A stretch of 64,000 nt of DNA from Hormiphora californensis (GCA_020137815.1 CM035357.1:1-64000); one strand, 5' to 3'. Positions 1-13,066 are shown, counted from the first letter of the stretch. Numbers and translations: made by a program. Notes: generated by a model from the sequence alone, not told the origin.

Positions 1-148
1 CGGGATCGGGATCGGGATCGGGATCGGGGGATCGGGATCGGGATCGGGATGGACGGGATCGGGACAGGGATGGGATCGGGACAGTCACAGGGACAGGGTT
101 AGGGACAGTCACAGTGACAGGCACAGGGACAGGCACAGTGACGTCACA

Positions 149-181
<33 letters not shown>

Positions 182-689
182 AGGATTGTGTCCTAAATTA
201 GGCCGATTTAGGCCAAAACACCAACTTTTGAAATAGCTGTAAACCGTCTTCAAAAAGGTTACAACAAAAACCCTGAAACATGTCAATGAATTCGTCTTAA
301 GTTTCTTGTGTAAAATTTCAGAGCCCTAAGTCATTGTTTGCCCTACCTACAGCTGCCACTAAAATAGTCAAAATTCATGACCAAATTTTTCTAAAGGCCA
401 AAATCAGGCCTTATATTTGAGATATCGCAAAAACCTGAAACACGTGTCCAAAATTCGTCTGACTTTCTTGTGGTAAATTTTCAGATCCCTATCTCCACGG
501 AAGTACCCGCACCCTAACGTGCTCAAAATCGCAGACCAAAATTTTCTTAAGGCCAGAATCAGGCCTTATTTGAGATATCGCAAAAACCCTGAAACACGTG
601 CCAATAAATTCGTTTGAACTTTCTTGTGGTAAATTTTCAGATCCCTATCCGATGGGAAGTGCCCGCACCCTAAACGTGCACCACCTTAC
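1..689. repeat. subtelomeric unit copy A: (GGGATC)n - GGGACAG repeats - (CA)n - ~160-bp subrepeats
   Basis: Near-identical to 3240-3923 (aaggattgtgtcc at 181 and 3401, offset ~3220); this copy carries many 1-bp indels. Confidence 0.9.
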
Positions 690-749
690 TAACCCTAACC
701 CTAACCCTAACCCTAACCCTAACCCTAACCCCTAACCCTAACCCTAACC

Positions 750-786
<37 letters not shown>

Positions 787-1015
787 ACCCCTAACCCTAA
801 CCCTAACCCTAACCCTAACCCTAACCCTAACCCTAACCCTAACCCTAACCCCCTAACCCTAAACCCTAACCACTATACCCTCCTAACCCTAACCCTAACC
901 CTAACCCTAACCCTAACCCTAACCCTAACCAACCCTAACCCTAACCCTAACCAACCCTAACCCTAACCCTAACCCTAACCCTAACCCTAACCCTAACCCT
1001 AACCCTAACCCTAAC
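690..1015 (+). repeat. telomeric (CCCTAA)n tract 1
   Basis: ~50 TAACCC units with small indels; C-rich strand on + fits a left chromosome end. Confidence 0.97.
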
Positions 1016-1107
1016 ATATAGTTAGGCAGAAGAATGAAAAATATTTAAGTCCTGATCCTACTCTTTCAACTCTGACCTCTCACACATCAGAATCACTATT
1101 AGTTTAA

Positions 1108-1365
1108 TCATTTCCCCTGTCTAATAACCCATACTTTCTCTGGCTCTGATTCTCTCTTCTCTCTTAAGTTAGCTACTAATGTTCTCCTCTCTACTTTCTC
1201 CTCTAAAGTTCCATCAGGGGCCAAATACACTGAAAGGAAAGTCTCTGAATCTTTCAGCCCAGCTGCCTAACTCAGGATAGACCTAACACTCTCTCTGCTC
1301 CTCAAAACCACTTTCACTGGACGTGCCCGCTCCTCCTTGCTTCTCCCCAGCCTCAAAACTTCGGA
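1108..1365 (-). pseudogene. non-LTR retrotransposon ORF1 C-terminal remnant
   Basis: Manual translation SEVLRLGRSKEERARPVKVVLRSRESVRSILS*AAGLKDSETFLSVYLAPDGTLEEKVERRTLVANLREKRESEPEKVWVIRQGK*; RLG..RPVKV and VY..PD.T.EE pattern of LINE ORF1; one internal stop. Confidence 0.65.
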
Positions 1366-1722
1366 AAGTATTTGGTGCTTTGCCAAATGTACCTACATAT
1401 ACACGTTTCTAATAGGAAAAAAAATTCCATACCTCTTTCAAAACTGGTCTTGGTAATTATTGGCGGCGTCTGCTGCAGGCACAAATGGCAAATAAAGATC
1501 CACAGCCAGATTTGGTTTACGTAACGCGCGATGACACCACGGTGATGTTCTTGAGATCTTTGGGCGCTGAGAATTCTGCGCGCGCACATGTGGAGTTGCC
1601 AAAACAGCGGCAGTTAACAGCCTGTTCGCGCTGTTGACTGCCATAACAGGGACTGTACGCGCTGTTAACAGGACTAACAGGGCCTGTTTTGACAACTAAC
1701 AGGACTCGCGTATTTACTAGGG

Positions 1723-1924
1723 CCTAACCCTAACCCTAACCCTAACCCTAACCCTAACCCTAACCCTAACCCTAACCCTAACCCTAACCCTAACCCTAAC
1801 CCTAACCCTAACCCTAACCCTAACCCTAACCCTAACCCTAACCCTAACCCTAACCCTAACCCTAACCCTAACCCTAACCCTAACCCTAACCCTAACCCTA
1901 ACCCTAACCCTAACCCTAACCCTA
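1723..1924 (+). repeat. telomeric (CCCTAA)n tract 2
   Basis: ~33 perfect units; a further ~4-unit tract at 2058-2086. Confidence 0.97.
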
Positions 1925-2083
1925 TCAGGCCTTATATTTGAGATATCGCAAAAACCCTGAAACACGTGTCCAATAAATTCGTTTGAACTTTCTTGTGGTA
2001 AATTTTCAGATCCCTATCCCGATGGGAAGTGCCCGCACCCTAACGTGCACCACCTACTTAACCCTAACCCTAACCCTAACCCT

Positions 2084-2233
2084 AACTTTCCCATTTTGAC
2101 CTCCCTTTCTCTAAGAAACTTTCCCACTTTGACCTCCTTATCTCTAAGAAACTTTCCCACTTTGACCTGCTTTTCTCTAAGAAACTTTCCCATTTTGATT
2201 CCCTTATCTCTAAGAAACTTTCCCACTTTGACC
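2084..2233. repeat. 33-bp minisatellite (~4.5 copies)
   Basis: unit aactttccca(c/t)tttgacctcc(c/t)t(t/a)tctctaaga. Confidence 0.9.
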
Positions 2234-2325
2234 TTTGATCACTCCCCCGAGGTTATCCGGAATCGCTGTAGGTTATACTTTGGCGACAAGAAAGTAAGTT
2301 TGTGTAGGTCCACTGGACATTAGTT

Positions 2326-2858
2326 CCCCCATAGGAATTTCGCGCGGAGGAACCTGCATTCTCCAGCCTTTTCGTCACGCGAATGAAGGTGATTATCCAA
2401 GAAAAAACTAGCTAAATTCCTGGCGAAAACAGGCATTAGTGCAGTCATAGTCTACTGCCGCGTTCCCCCTTTCAACTTTGTCTGGTGTATCTCAGAAAAT
2501 ATCTAACTTACAGACTCCCAAAAAACGGGAGGTAACATAATATTGTAGAAAGTATAATACTATCTGGGTTTTATTTAGATTAATGCACAGATACATAGCT
2601 ATAGTTAGTGACACTTGGTGTCATAATTTTCTCCCATTGTTGTAGGTATTCACTTGACAGCTACCCCCTCTTTCTCTCCCATTCTCGCCCCTCTCCAGCC
2701 AGACAGTGTTGAAAGGGGGAACGCGGCAGTAGACAATGACTGCACCAATGCCTGTTTTCTCCAGGAATTTAGCTAGTTTTTTCTTGGATAATCACCTTCA
2801 TTCGCGTGACGAAAAGGCTGGAGAATGCAGGTTCCTCCGCGCGAAATTCCTATGGGGG
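2326..2858. mobile_element. MITE with ~150-bp terminal inverted repeats
   Basis: 2326-2476 is the reverse complement of 2708-2858 (CCCCCATAGGAATTT...AAATTCCTATGGGGG); no clean TSD. Confidence 0.8.
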
Positions 2859-2948
2859 TTAATGCAATAGTATAGTATATGAATAAAAGGAATGGAGGGA
2901 GGGAAGGAGATAGGGATAGAGATAGGGATAGAGTTAGAGAAAGAGAAC

Positions 2949-3350
2949 GGGATCGGGATCGGGATTGGGATCGGGATCGGGATCGGGATTGGGATCTGGA
3001 TCGGGATCGGGATCGGGATCGGGATCGGGATCGGGATCGGGATCGGGATCAGGATCGGGATCGGGATCGGGATCGGGATCGGGATCGGGATCGGGATCGG
3101 GATCAGGATCGGGATCAGGATCGGGATCGGGATCGGGATCGGGATCGGGATCGGGATCGGGATCGGGATCGGGATCGGGATCGGGATCGGGATCGGGATC
3201 GGGATCGAGATCGGGATCGGGATCGGGATCGGGATCGGGATCGGGATCGGGATCGGGATCGGGATCGGGATAGGGACAGGTTTAGGGACAGTCACAGGGA
3301 CAGGGTTAGGGACAGTCACAGTGACAGGCACAGGGACAGGCACAGTGACG

Positions 3351-3401
<51 letters not shown>

Positions 3402-3923
3402 AGGATTGTGTCCTAAATTAGGCCGATTTAGGCCAAAACACCAACTTTTGAAATAGCTGTAAACCGTCTTCAAAAAAGGTTACAGCAAAAACCCTGAAAC
3501 ACATGTCTAATGAATTCGTCTTAAGTTTCTTGTGTAAAAATTTCAGAGCCCTAAGTCATTGTTTGCCCTACCTACAGCTGCCACTAAAATAGTCCAAAAT
3601 TCATGACCAAATTTTTCTAAAGGCCAGAATCAGGCCTTATATTTGAGATATCGCAAAAACCCTGAAACACGTGTCCAATAAATTCGTCTGAGCTTTCTTG
3701 TGGTAAATTTTCAGATCCCTATCTCCACCGGAAGTACCCGCACCCTAACGTGCTCAAAATCGCAGACCAAAATTTTCTTAAGGCCAGAATCAGGCCTTAT
3801 ATTTGAGATATCGCAAAAACCCTGAAACACGTGTCCAATAAATTCGTTTGAACTTTCTTGTGGTAAATTTTCAGATCCCTATCTCGATGGGAAGTGCCCG
3901 CACCCTAACGTGCACCACCTACT
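2949..3923. repeat. subtelomeric unit copy B including (GGGATC)n array 2949-3272
   Basis: ~54 GGGATC hexamers, (CA)n at 3352-3397, three ~160-bp subrepeats (aaaaaccctgaaacac.tgtc), then the telomere tract; a partial copy lies at 1925-2058. Confidence 0.9.
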
Positions 3924-4147
3924 TAACCCTAACCCTAACCCTAACCCTAACCCTAACCCTAACCCTAACCCTAACCCTAACCCTAACCCTAACCCTAACC
4001 CCTAACCCTAACCCTAACCCTAACCCTAACCCTAACCCTAACCCTAACCCTAACCCTAACCCTAACCCTAACCCTAACCCCTAACCCCTAACCCTAACCC
4101 TAACCCTAACCCTAACCCTAACCCTAACCCTAACCCTAACCCTAACC

Positions 4148-4188
<41 letters not shown>

Positions 4189-4361
4189 CCCTAACCCTAA
4201 CCCTAACCCTAACCCTAACCCTAACCCTAACCCTAACCCTAACCCTAACCCTAACCCTAACCCTAACCCTAACCCATAACCCTAACCCTAACCCTAACCC
4301 CTAACCCTAACCCTAACCCCTAACCCTAACCCTAACCCTAACCCTAACCCTAACCCTAAAA

Positions 4362-4396
<35 letters not shown>

Positions 4397-4648
4397 TAAC
4401 CCTAACCCCTAACCCTAATCCCTAACCCTAACCTACCCTAACCCTAAACCTAACCCTAACCCTAACCCGAAACCTAACTCCTAACCCTAACCCTAACCCT
4501 AAACCGCTAACCCTAAAACCCTAACCCTAACCCTAACCCTAACCCTAACCCCAACCCTAAACCCTAACCCTACGCCTAACCCTAACCCTAACCCTAACCG
4601 AACCCTAACCCTAACCCTAAACCCCTAAACCCCTAACCCCCTAACCCC
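3924..4648 (+). repeat. telomeric (CCCTAA)n tract 3 (innermost, longest)
   Basis: ~120 units, increasingly degenerate toward 4648 where unique DNA begins. Confidence 0.97.
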
Positions 4649-5035
4649 TTCTTGCTTAATCTTATTAGATATCTTCGTTATTCAGATTAGTAAGATCCCA
4701 ATCAAAAATTCGATGCCCTAAACTTAATCCTTATAATTCTGTCATAATTGCATTTTTGCGTTGTCCAGACGTAGTTGAGACATAGTCTAATTGAATTACA
4801 GAGACGTGCTAGGGACGTAATGCAATTGTAGTTGTCAATTGAGTAAAGTGTATTATACGCTTTATATTGTTTATTGTAACTAGACCAAAAATCAAAACCC
4901 TAACCCTCTCTTTCATTCTCTACCTTTCTCTTTTCTCTTGAAGACTTGCCTTGCTTGGCATTATATGGTAAAAGATGTTATTTTATGAAATTTTTATGCA
5001 TTTATTGTGGTATCAAAATTAGACAATGAACTTAC

Positions 5036-7042
5036 CAATTATATTACACTGTGGTATATCAGTTGACCATGATCCATCCTCCTGACAGGTCAGTGTTGTA
5101 CTTCCCATTAGGATATGGTTGGCTGCACACTCGATGGTAGCAATTGTCCCTGCTGGTGAGGCAGCCCAATTTCCTTGCATTGATCCCTCAACAGTTAAGG
5201 AAGGACACTCGACTGGTTCTAAAGGGAATTAGTAATTAGTGAGATCAGTTCCATGTAGTTGAAAAAGAGTGCGTGATACTAAACATGCATACAGCTGTGC
5301 ATGCAGTACTATATTGGAATACATTCACGTTTAGACCCTTGTCCCTTACCTGCTCTGTAAAAGTCACTACTGCCACTACTGCTAAAGCTAATCATCTCCA
5401 CAACATCACCACCCCACTTTGTAACACATCTGCTATCTGAACTAGCTGAGAACAGGTAGTTCAGCACCTCAACACCATTACATTTGATGATGAAGGCGGT
5501 CTTTGTTTTGGTGATCGTCCAGATCTTATCCACCTCCACCGGGGGCTGCACTGGCAGGTCTATGGAGTTGCTGGCGCAGGAGTATATAAGATATTGGATT
5601 GGGGAGGAGAACCACACACCCACAGGACTGATATAGCTGCTGCCCTTGGTGTAAAAAGTCAAATATATCATTTCATTACTACCCAGTGTAGAGTTCGTTT
5701 TTATCTGGAGAGGTGTTTCCTCCAGGTTCCAGGGTAGTTTCACTTCCGACTCTACAGCTGTCCAGGCTGAAACAAAAAACAATGAGTATGACTCAGAGGG
5801 ATCAAATATGTCGTTTTCGAAGTTTACTCTGCTAAAGGAAACCTTAAGCAAAAACTTGGGGGTTGTGAAATTTCCTACGGCCTATGTCCGTGGGAAACTT
5901 CACACAACCCAAGTTAGGGCTATTATAGTCTGATTTTCAATAACTGTCTTTTTTTAGAGTTTTCAAATTTCTTTAAATGACCATAAGTCCGGTTCCTGAT
6001 GAGATAGAGACTTGAAATTTGGAGGTTACTAAGATCTTGCTAAGTTCTTCCGAACCTCCAAATTTCTAGTCTCTATCTTATCAGGAATCGGAGATATGAC
6101 AAATTTTGTTATTTCAGGGGTGCGACAGTTTCAAAAAATCCGACTTTAGTTGCCTGGGTTTTCCTTCAGCCCTTTTAGCAAAGCAAAAAGCATCCAGGTG
6201 AATGCCTTCGGGGCAGGGAAAACATATCGAAATTACCAAAAAAAAGCCAGTGAAACGTCAGTTTTAAACAGATATTACTTACTTTTATCACACTGCGGTA
6301 TATCACTTGACCACGATCCGTCCTCCTGACAAGTTAGTGTAGCAGTTCCCACAAGACTATGGGTGGCAGCACATTCGATGGTGGCAGTTGTCCCTGTTGG
6401 TGAGGCAGTCCAGCTTCCCTGTGTTGATCCCACAACAGTAAAGGCGGGACACTCAACTAGTTCAGCTGAATGTAAGTAGAAAATGGCGTGAGTTCATTTC
6501 AATTTGCAAAAGCTTCGGTACACGTTGTATTTCATTGTAGTTGAACCAGCTTGCGTAATATAATACTAAACCCACGTGCTGTGCAGTACTAGAAGTGGTA
6601 TGAATTAAATTTAGACCCTTACCTGCTCCGTTATAGAAGTTAGATGCTTCGTCATCATTGCTAAACAGGATCCCCTCCACATCATCATTCCACTGTGTAA
6701 CACAGTCGCTATCTGAACTATCTGTTCGCAGATAGTTCAGCACCTCCACATTGTTACATGTGATGATGAGGGCGGTCTCTGTTTTGGTGATCGTCCAGAT
6801 CTTATCCACCTCCACCGGGGGTTGCACTGGCAGGTCTATGTAGCTGGTGGTGCAGTAGTCTATATAATACTGCATTGTGGAGGAGAACTTCACACGCACA
6901 GTACCGATAAAGTTGCTGTCCTTGTCGTACATGAGCACAAAGATCATCTCATCACTACCCAGTGCAGAGTCCGTCTTTATCTGGAGAGGTGTTCCCTCCA
7001 TGTCCCAGGGTATCTTCACATTCCGCTCTACAGCTATCCAGT
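5036..7042 (-). CDS. modular extracellular protein, [~140-aa lineage-specific beta-domain + Sushi/CCP] x2; partial model, exons 7042-6623, 6465-6283, 5766-5350, 5218-5036
   Basis: Four phase-1 exons with AG/GT boundaries; Sushi exons C..C..LTCQEDGSWS.DIPQC; beta-domain exons share PW..E.TPLQIKT and LPVQPPVEVDKIWTI; first and last exons not identified. Confidence 0.8.
5982..6098. mobile_element. short palindromic element in intron
   Basis: CCGGTTCCTGATGAGATAGAGACTTGAAATTTGGAGGTT vs AACCTCCAAATTTCTAGTCTCTATCTTATCAGGAATCGG. Confidence 0.6.
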
Positions 7043-8308
7043 CTGAAATAATACAGTTAAGATACTAATCACTACAATCAAACAAGCAAATAAATTGATA
7101 TCAAGTTTTTTAAAGTAAAATTTTAGCGCTGGATTAAATTTAGTTTCGCCTAGTACCATCTGATAAATGAGCCATAAACTCTTGCCAGTGGCGCGTTATA
7201 TCAGATACCTTTCTCCCAGCGCGCCGCTGGGAGAAGGTAGCTGTAGTTTATCCGCCGCTGGCGGATAAACTGGTTTAAATCACGACGACGATCCCGAGGC
7301 GTAGCCGAGGGAGAGGCGGAGGGGTTTAAACTTATAACGCGTCTATGGCAAGAGTTTATAGGTTATATACCCTGCTTTAGTTGTTTGTTACAAGTATTAC
7401 ACACTAACAAGAGAGAGAACACTAATCAAAACACACAAAGAGAACTGAGAAACAGTCAAAAACATCTCTCAATTGAGTGTACATTGTTTGGTAACAGTTA
7501 CTAAGGAGAGAGAGAAATAAATAACAAGATATGGGGCATGCCAGACATAACACAGAGGAATTGAGATAGTGAAACAAAAGGGAAGATAAAGAGAGAGTAA
7601 TTGACGGAATGTGTTGTTTCTTTCTCTCCAATTTTAGTGTGTAACTCTTCCAAACAGTGTTCCCTCTGTATTTCAGTAAGAACTGATCATTTACACACAC
7701 TTTGAATGTAACATAGGAGTTAAAAATAAATAACCTGCCAGTGGGAAATAATCTGCCGCTGGACTGGCTGGTTATCGAGAGCGCGCTAGTGGGACTTCTC
7801 GCCACTGGCGCATTATTTAAGTTAGCAGGGTATATATCTCAGTATCAATGATTAGTTAACTAACTATAGTTACGGGAGTGCTCTCCCAAAATAAAAAGCA
7901 TCAAATATTTATTTGATACGTAACATTATGCAACAAATCTATGATAACAACTGTTCCACACAATGAACCAACTGTATACCAACGTTCATAGTGGCATACA
8001 AACTACAAAAGATCAAATATTTGATATTTTGATATAAGTGAAATAACGGGTGACAACTAAAAATCTGGACATTTTTCTGTGAGCTCTAGCGCCGGCCCCA
8101 TTTGAGATACAACTTCAAGCCAGTGATAGGTTAAAGTTAGGGTTAGGGTTAGGGTTAGGGTGAGATTCCCCATTCATCTGTTGTTACAGAGGGCGTGTGA
8201 GTGTGTATCAGCACCAGAAGGAGATATCAAAATTACTTCCTGTATCATATGGTGTCTAGTTAAGGGCATGCGCTTGAATATAGAGTGATGAAATGCGATC
8301 AGTACATG

Positions 8309-8381
8309 GGGCTTGGTAGCTTAGTGGTAGCTCCGAACATGTCTCTCTGGAGGTCCCTGGTTCAATTCCCGGTCAAACCCA
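8309..8381 (+). other. tRNA-like sequence (tRNA pseudogene or SINE head)
   Basis: A box TAGCTTAGTGGTA, B box GGTTCAATTCC, imperfect acceptor stem, T-run downstream; no canonical anticodon arm. Confidence 0.55.
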
Positions 8382-8689
8382 GTATTTTTCGATTTTCTTC
8401 CCTATCTTGCTCAGATCTAAAATATTAATTTCATATTATGTGACAAACCTGTGAGCAAAACTGTTCCACACAATGCAGCTGTAAAGAGAAGGAGACGTAT
8501 CATGTTAACACGCATATCACTTAAAAGAAAAGGGTGTGTTAAGCAAACTGTTAACTTTTTGTTGAATTAATATCTTCTAACATATGTTAGTGTTACAACG
8601 TCGCGTAAGTGTCTAAAATTTATTTTGCGAATCCTGCAGCATTTCCGGCCACAAAAGTTAATTGAGAATTGCAGATGAACGTTAGAAAA

Positions 8690-9335
8690 CTATTATAGAC
8701 CCCGCCGGCTCAAATAGACGCACGGCGCGCTCAAACAATTTGCACTGGTCTATTGGGCCGTGCACTGCCGTGAGTTTGTGTCTCGATAGACGCACGCCCT
8801 CTGACAGATTTGTGTAAAGATCACAAAGAATCACTGGAAACACGATAAAATGACATGACAACACAAGAGGGAGTGTGTGTACAACCTACAACGCTCTCTG
8901 TCTAGATTTGGCGCCCGCCAGTCTGTTGCAACTGTTGCTCATGACCCACAATTAACTGTAATCTCTCTCTGCATTCCACCCTTTGAAACTGTTCCGACGA
9001 TTGTTACGAGTGTGTAGGAATGTAGAGAGGCACTCTGTAGCTTCATTTCTAACTGTTTGACCCGTTTTGTGTGAGCTCTCTCTCTGTGTCAACCACGTAA
9101 ATTGTGCTTGTTTTGCTTCTAGGTGCCCGCCAGCGGGGTCTATAGAACATAACTCCCTCCATTGCGTGCAGATATACCTGTAAACCCCTCGCTGACGCTC
9201 GGGATTTACAGGGCTGTAATGCACGGTCCCTTCGGGACCCGTGCATTACAGCTCAATAGACGCACTGCTCTGCAGTGCGTCTATTGAATAGATGCCCGCG
9301 CGGGAGGGAGTTATGTACTATATACACCATGCTGG
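8690..9335. mobile_element. hairpin-rich non-autonomous element
   Basis: Nested inverted repeats (8691-8707/9130-9146; 9148-9160/9303-9317) and hairpins 9213-9252 (TTCG loop) and 9254-9287. Confidence 0.45.
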
Positions 9336-10174
9336 CTCAAATACACAAATAGTCGACGCCGCACGCCACGTACAAACAATTTACATTAGTCGACCAGTGC
9401 ACATTGTTTGGGACGTGCACTGCCGGGACGCACGTGTGTTTGGTGGCGCCGTCACCTCTCTTACAACGAGTGTTGTTTTGACGCGCTTCGCGCGGGAATT
9501 GTAAGGGTGTCACCAACATGTGCGTCTACTGGAAGAGATACTTAATAGATTAATAGTGTAAAGAAAAATGACAGGGAGTTCATGTGCAACCAAACACCTT
9601 CTATGTCAAGACTTCGCGCCAGCTAATCTTGAGAAATCTGTCGCTCATGATCTGAATTATCTGAAATAATGCGCCAGTGACCATGCTGACCAGAGTTTAT
9701 ACCTCATATAACTCTCTCCCTTGCGTACAGATATAACTATTGATTTTAGCGCCTGGAAGTAGAGGGGCGATGTGCCTAGTAATAAAAGTAGAAAGCTCAG
9801 AAAAGAAACGGCCAAATAGAAACCATCTCTATTATAACTGCGATCATGACATAAAAAACTGACTCTAGATTTTAGAGCTAATCGCGAACAGAAGATCGAG
9901 TATTCGAAATGCAAAACAAAGAACTGAGCCCTCTGTGGTGGACGATGGAGCTATAGGAGAAAAGAGAGAGTAGGGATGACTTGTGGAAGAGGCAACACGG
10001 TGCTCTGCGGTAACAGTGTAACAGGCGCAAGCTCTCCAACACGGTGTTTCGTTAGCCAGGGGAGGAGGCGGCCATTACCTGGGGAGGAGGCGTAATGGGC
10101 CGCGCCCTCTCCAACTGTGTCCAATTGAATGATTTCCCAATGTTCTAGCACTAAAAATAGTACTAAAAATAGTT

Positions 10175-10365
<191 letters not shown>

Positions 10366-11242
10366 ATGGGCCGCACCCTTTCAACTGTGTCCAGGTGAAT
10401 GCTCCCCATGTTCTATAGTACCAAAAATAGTGCTCCCTCCCTCTCCCTCTCTCCACATGTGCAGTGCCAGAGTAAACGCTTTTCCCGAAGTTGTTTTAAT
10501 GGCAATTGATATCCACCATAGAGACCCCTTCCTCTTTCCATTTCTCTCCCTTTCTCTGATCCCTGTCTTCCCCATTTCTCCCGCTTCCTAATTCTTATTC
10601 TCTCGATCTCTCCCATCCCTATAATATCCCTCTCCCTTAAAAATGAACTTTGAGTTTGGACCTTGACCTTTTCTTGTGAGAAAAGATCTTTGCTCATCCA
10701 ATGTTCACCCAAGTTTTTAAAAAGACTGGATAAAAGATAGCCGTGATACTGCCGATTGACAGTGGTCAATCAGAGAGATGCGCCGCACTAAGCAAATGCT
10801 GTTGCGCTTCAATTCTTCTCTCTCGTTAGTGATCTTTATGTCTCTCTCACTAGTAGTGAGTCACTACGAATGCGCGTCGCATTCCAGGTCAAAATTCAGG
10901 TCGAATTTCTCGTCGAGCTGTGACAATTATGTCGGATGACCACTGTGAAAGTCGAAGGAACAGCCAAAATCATGCATGTGCATTTTCTCAACTGTCATGT
11001 TACCTGGTGCTTCAATTTTTATCGTGCTCATTGGAAATAAAGATTCAACCCAAACAAAATGGCTCACTCTCAGTAAATTAGAGCCCTGAATTCATTAATG
11101 AACGTGCATAGATAGTTCATGAATCAAAAATAATCTTTGAATAAAAGATTCATAATTTGCACAGAGTTACCAAGGAATTGTTTCAGCATGTTCCCGTAAA
11201 GTATTTTGTTTTGAAGGTACGGGTGACCTACTGTTATAGGTA

Positions 11243-11718
11243 ACAACTCTGGCTCATGCAACTCTGGCTCATAGAATCCATGAGCCAGAGTTGTAGGCCA
11301 GCCTACAACTCTGGCTCATAGAAATGAGTAAGTTGAGAACATGAATCATGCTGCCAGACCAAACCCAAAGAACCGAGACAAACCCCGCAAAACTAACCTC
11401 CAAACCAAACAACCAGCAAACCTCCACCAAACCTCCAAACCTCCACCAACCTCTAAACCTCCAAACCTCCAACAACCTCCAAACCTCCACCAAACCTCCA
11501 AACCTCCACCAACCTCCAAACCTCCAAACCTAAACGCAATCTTAACCACACCTAACGCCGTCAAACACCAAGATTAGGTTCTATGAGCCAGAGTTGTAGG
11601 CTGGCATAAAACTCTGGCTCATAGAGTCTGTGACAATCTATGAGCCAGAGTTGTAGGCCAGCCCACAACTCTGGCTCTCATAGATTCTATGAGCCAGAGT
11701 TGCATGAGCCAGAGTTGT
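11243..11718. mobile_element. MITE with 5-bp TSD (AGGTA) and multimerised CAACTCTGGCTCAT subterminal motif
   Basis: 36-bp TIR ACAACTCTGGCTCATGCAACTCTGGCTCATAGAATC; AGGTA on both flanks; AAACCTCC repeats inside. Confidence 0.8.
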
Positions 11719-12187
11719 AGGTACAGCTCGTCCCCCGCTAACATAATTCATGGGCCACCTTGTATTTCCCTCCCTTTCTTCCCCTTTGTCCCTCTCTCTT
11801 CCTCTCTCTGAGCACTCTCTTTCTCCCTCCGTCTCCCTACCCCTCGCTCCCCTATCTCCAAATGTTTCAGAGTGAATGCTTCACCCATGTTCTAGTACCC
11901 AAAATAGTACTAATAATCAACATAGAGAACCCTACCTCTCTCCCTCTTTCATATCCCTCTCTTTCTCCCTTTCTTGCGGAATTGCGCTCAAGCGATAAAA
12001 TTTGGCTCAAACGAGGAGTTCCATATTGGACGCTCTGATTGGTCGAGCGGGGATTATGCATCATCCCCGCTCGACCAATCAGAGCGTCCAATATGGAACA
12101 TCCATGATGATGTCACTCTGCGCTCTGATTGGCTAGGCTCTGGTCAATTTGAATGTTGGGCTTCAATCACTAAGCTCGTTTTGTTTA

Positions 12188-12972
12188 GATATGGGATCAG
12201 GGACTGATATGGGATCCGGGACTGATATGGGTTCCGGGACTGATATGGGATCCGGGACTGATATGGGACCCGGGACTGATATAGGATCCAGGACTGATAT
12301 GGGATCCAGGATTGATATGGGATCCGGGACTGATATGGGAACCAGGACTGATATGGGATCCGGGACTGATATGGGGTCCGGGACTGATATGGGATGCAGG
12401 ACTGATATGGGATCCGGGACTGATATGGATCCGGGACTGATATGGGATCCGGGATTGATATGGGATCCGGGACTATATGGGAACCAGGACTGATATGGGA
12501 TCCGGGACTGATATGGGATCCGGGACTGATATGGGATCCGGGACTGATATGGGATCCGGGACTGATATGGGATCCAGGACTGATATGGGATCCGGGACTG
12601 ATATGGGATCCGGGACTGATATGGGAACCAGGACTGATATGGGATCCAGGACTGATATGGGATCCAGGACTGATATGGGATCCAGGACTGATATGGGATC
12701 CGGGACTGATATGGGATACAGGACTGATATGGGATCTGGGACTGATATGGGATCCGGGACTGATATGGGATCCGGGACTGATATGGGGTCCGGGACTGAT
12801 ATGGGATGCAGGACTGATATGGGATCCGGGACTGATATGGGATCCGGGACTGATATGGGATCCGGGACTGATATGGGATCCGGGACTGATATGGGATCCG
12901 GGACTGATATGGGATCCGGGACTGATATGGGATCCGGGACTGATATGGGATCCGGGACTGATATGGGAACCA
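12188..12972. repeat. 18-bp minisatellite (GATATGGGATCCGGGACT) x ~43
   Basis: Direct reading; explains the ORFs at 12144-13047. Confidence 0.95.
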
Positions 12973-13066
12973 GTTTTATTTAATGAAGACAAGAATAAAC
13001 AAGCAAGGATTTATTGGTTAATCACCCACAATAATGGTTTACAATGATAAATATTAGTTTCTTGTA

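Noticed and set aside
1717-4084. RV, PN, IG, RD, GS dipeptide ORFs
   Set aside because: Translations of telomeric and GGGATC hexamers
8137-8160. Four TTAGGG units as a fusion scar
   Set aside because: Too short, with no head-to-head partner
12144-13047. Repetitive ORFs in several frames
   Set aside because: Artefact of an 18-bp stop-free minisatellite
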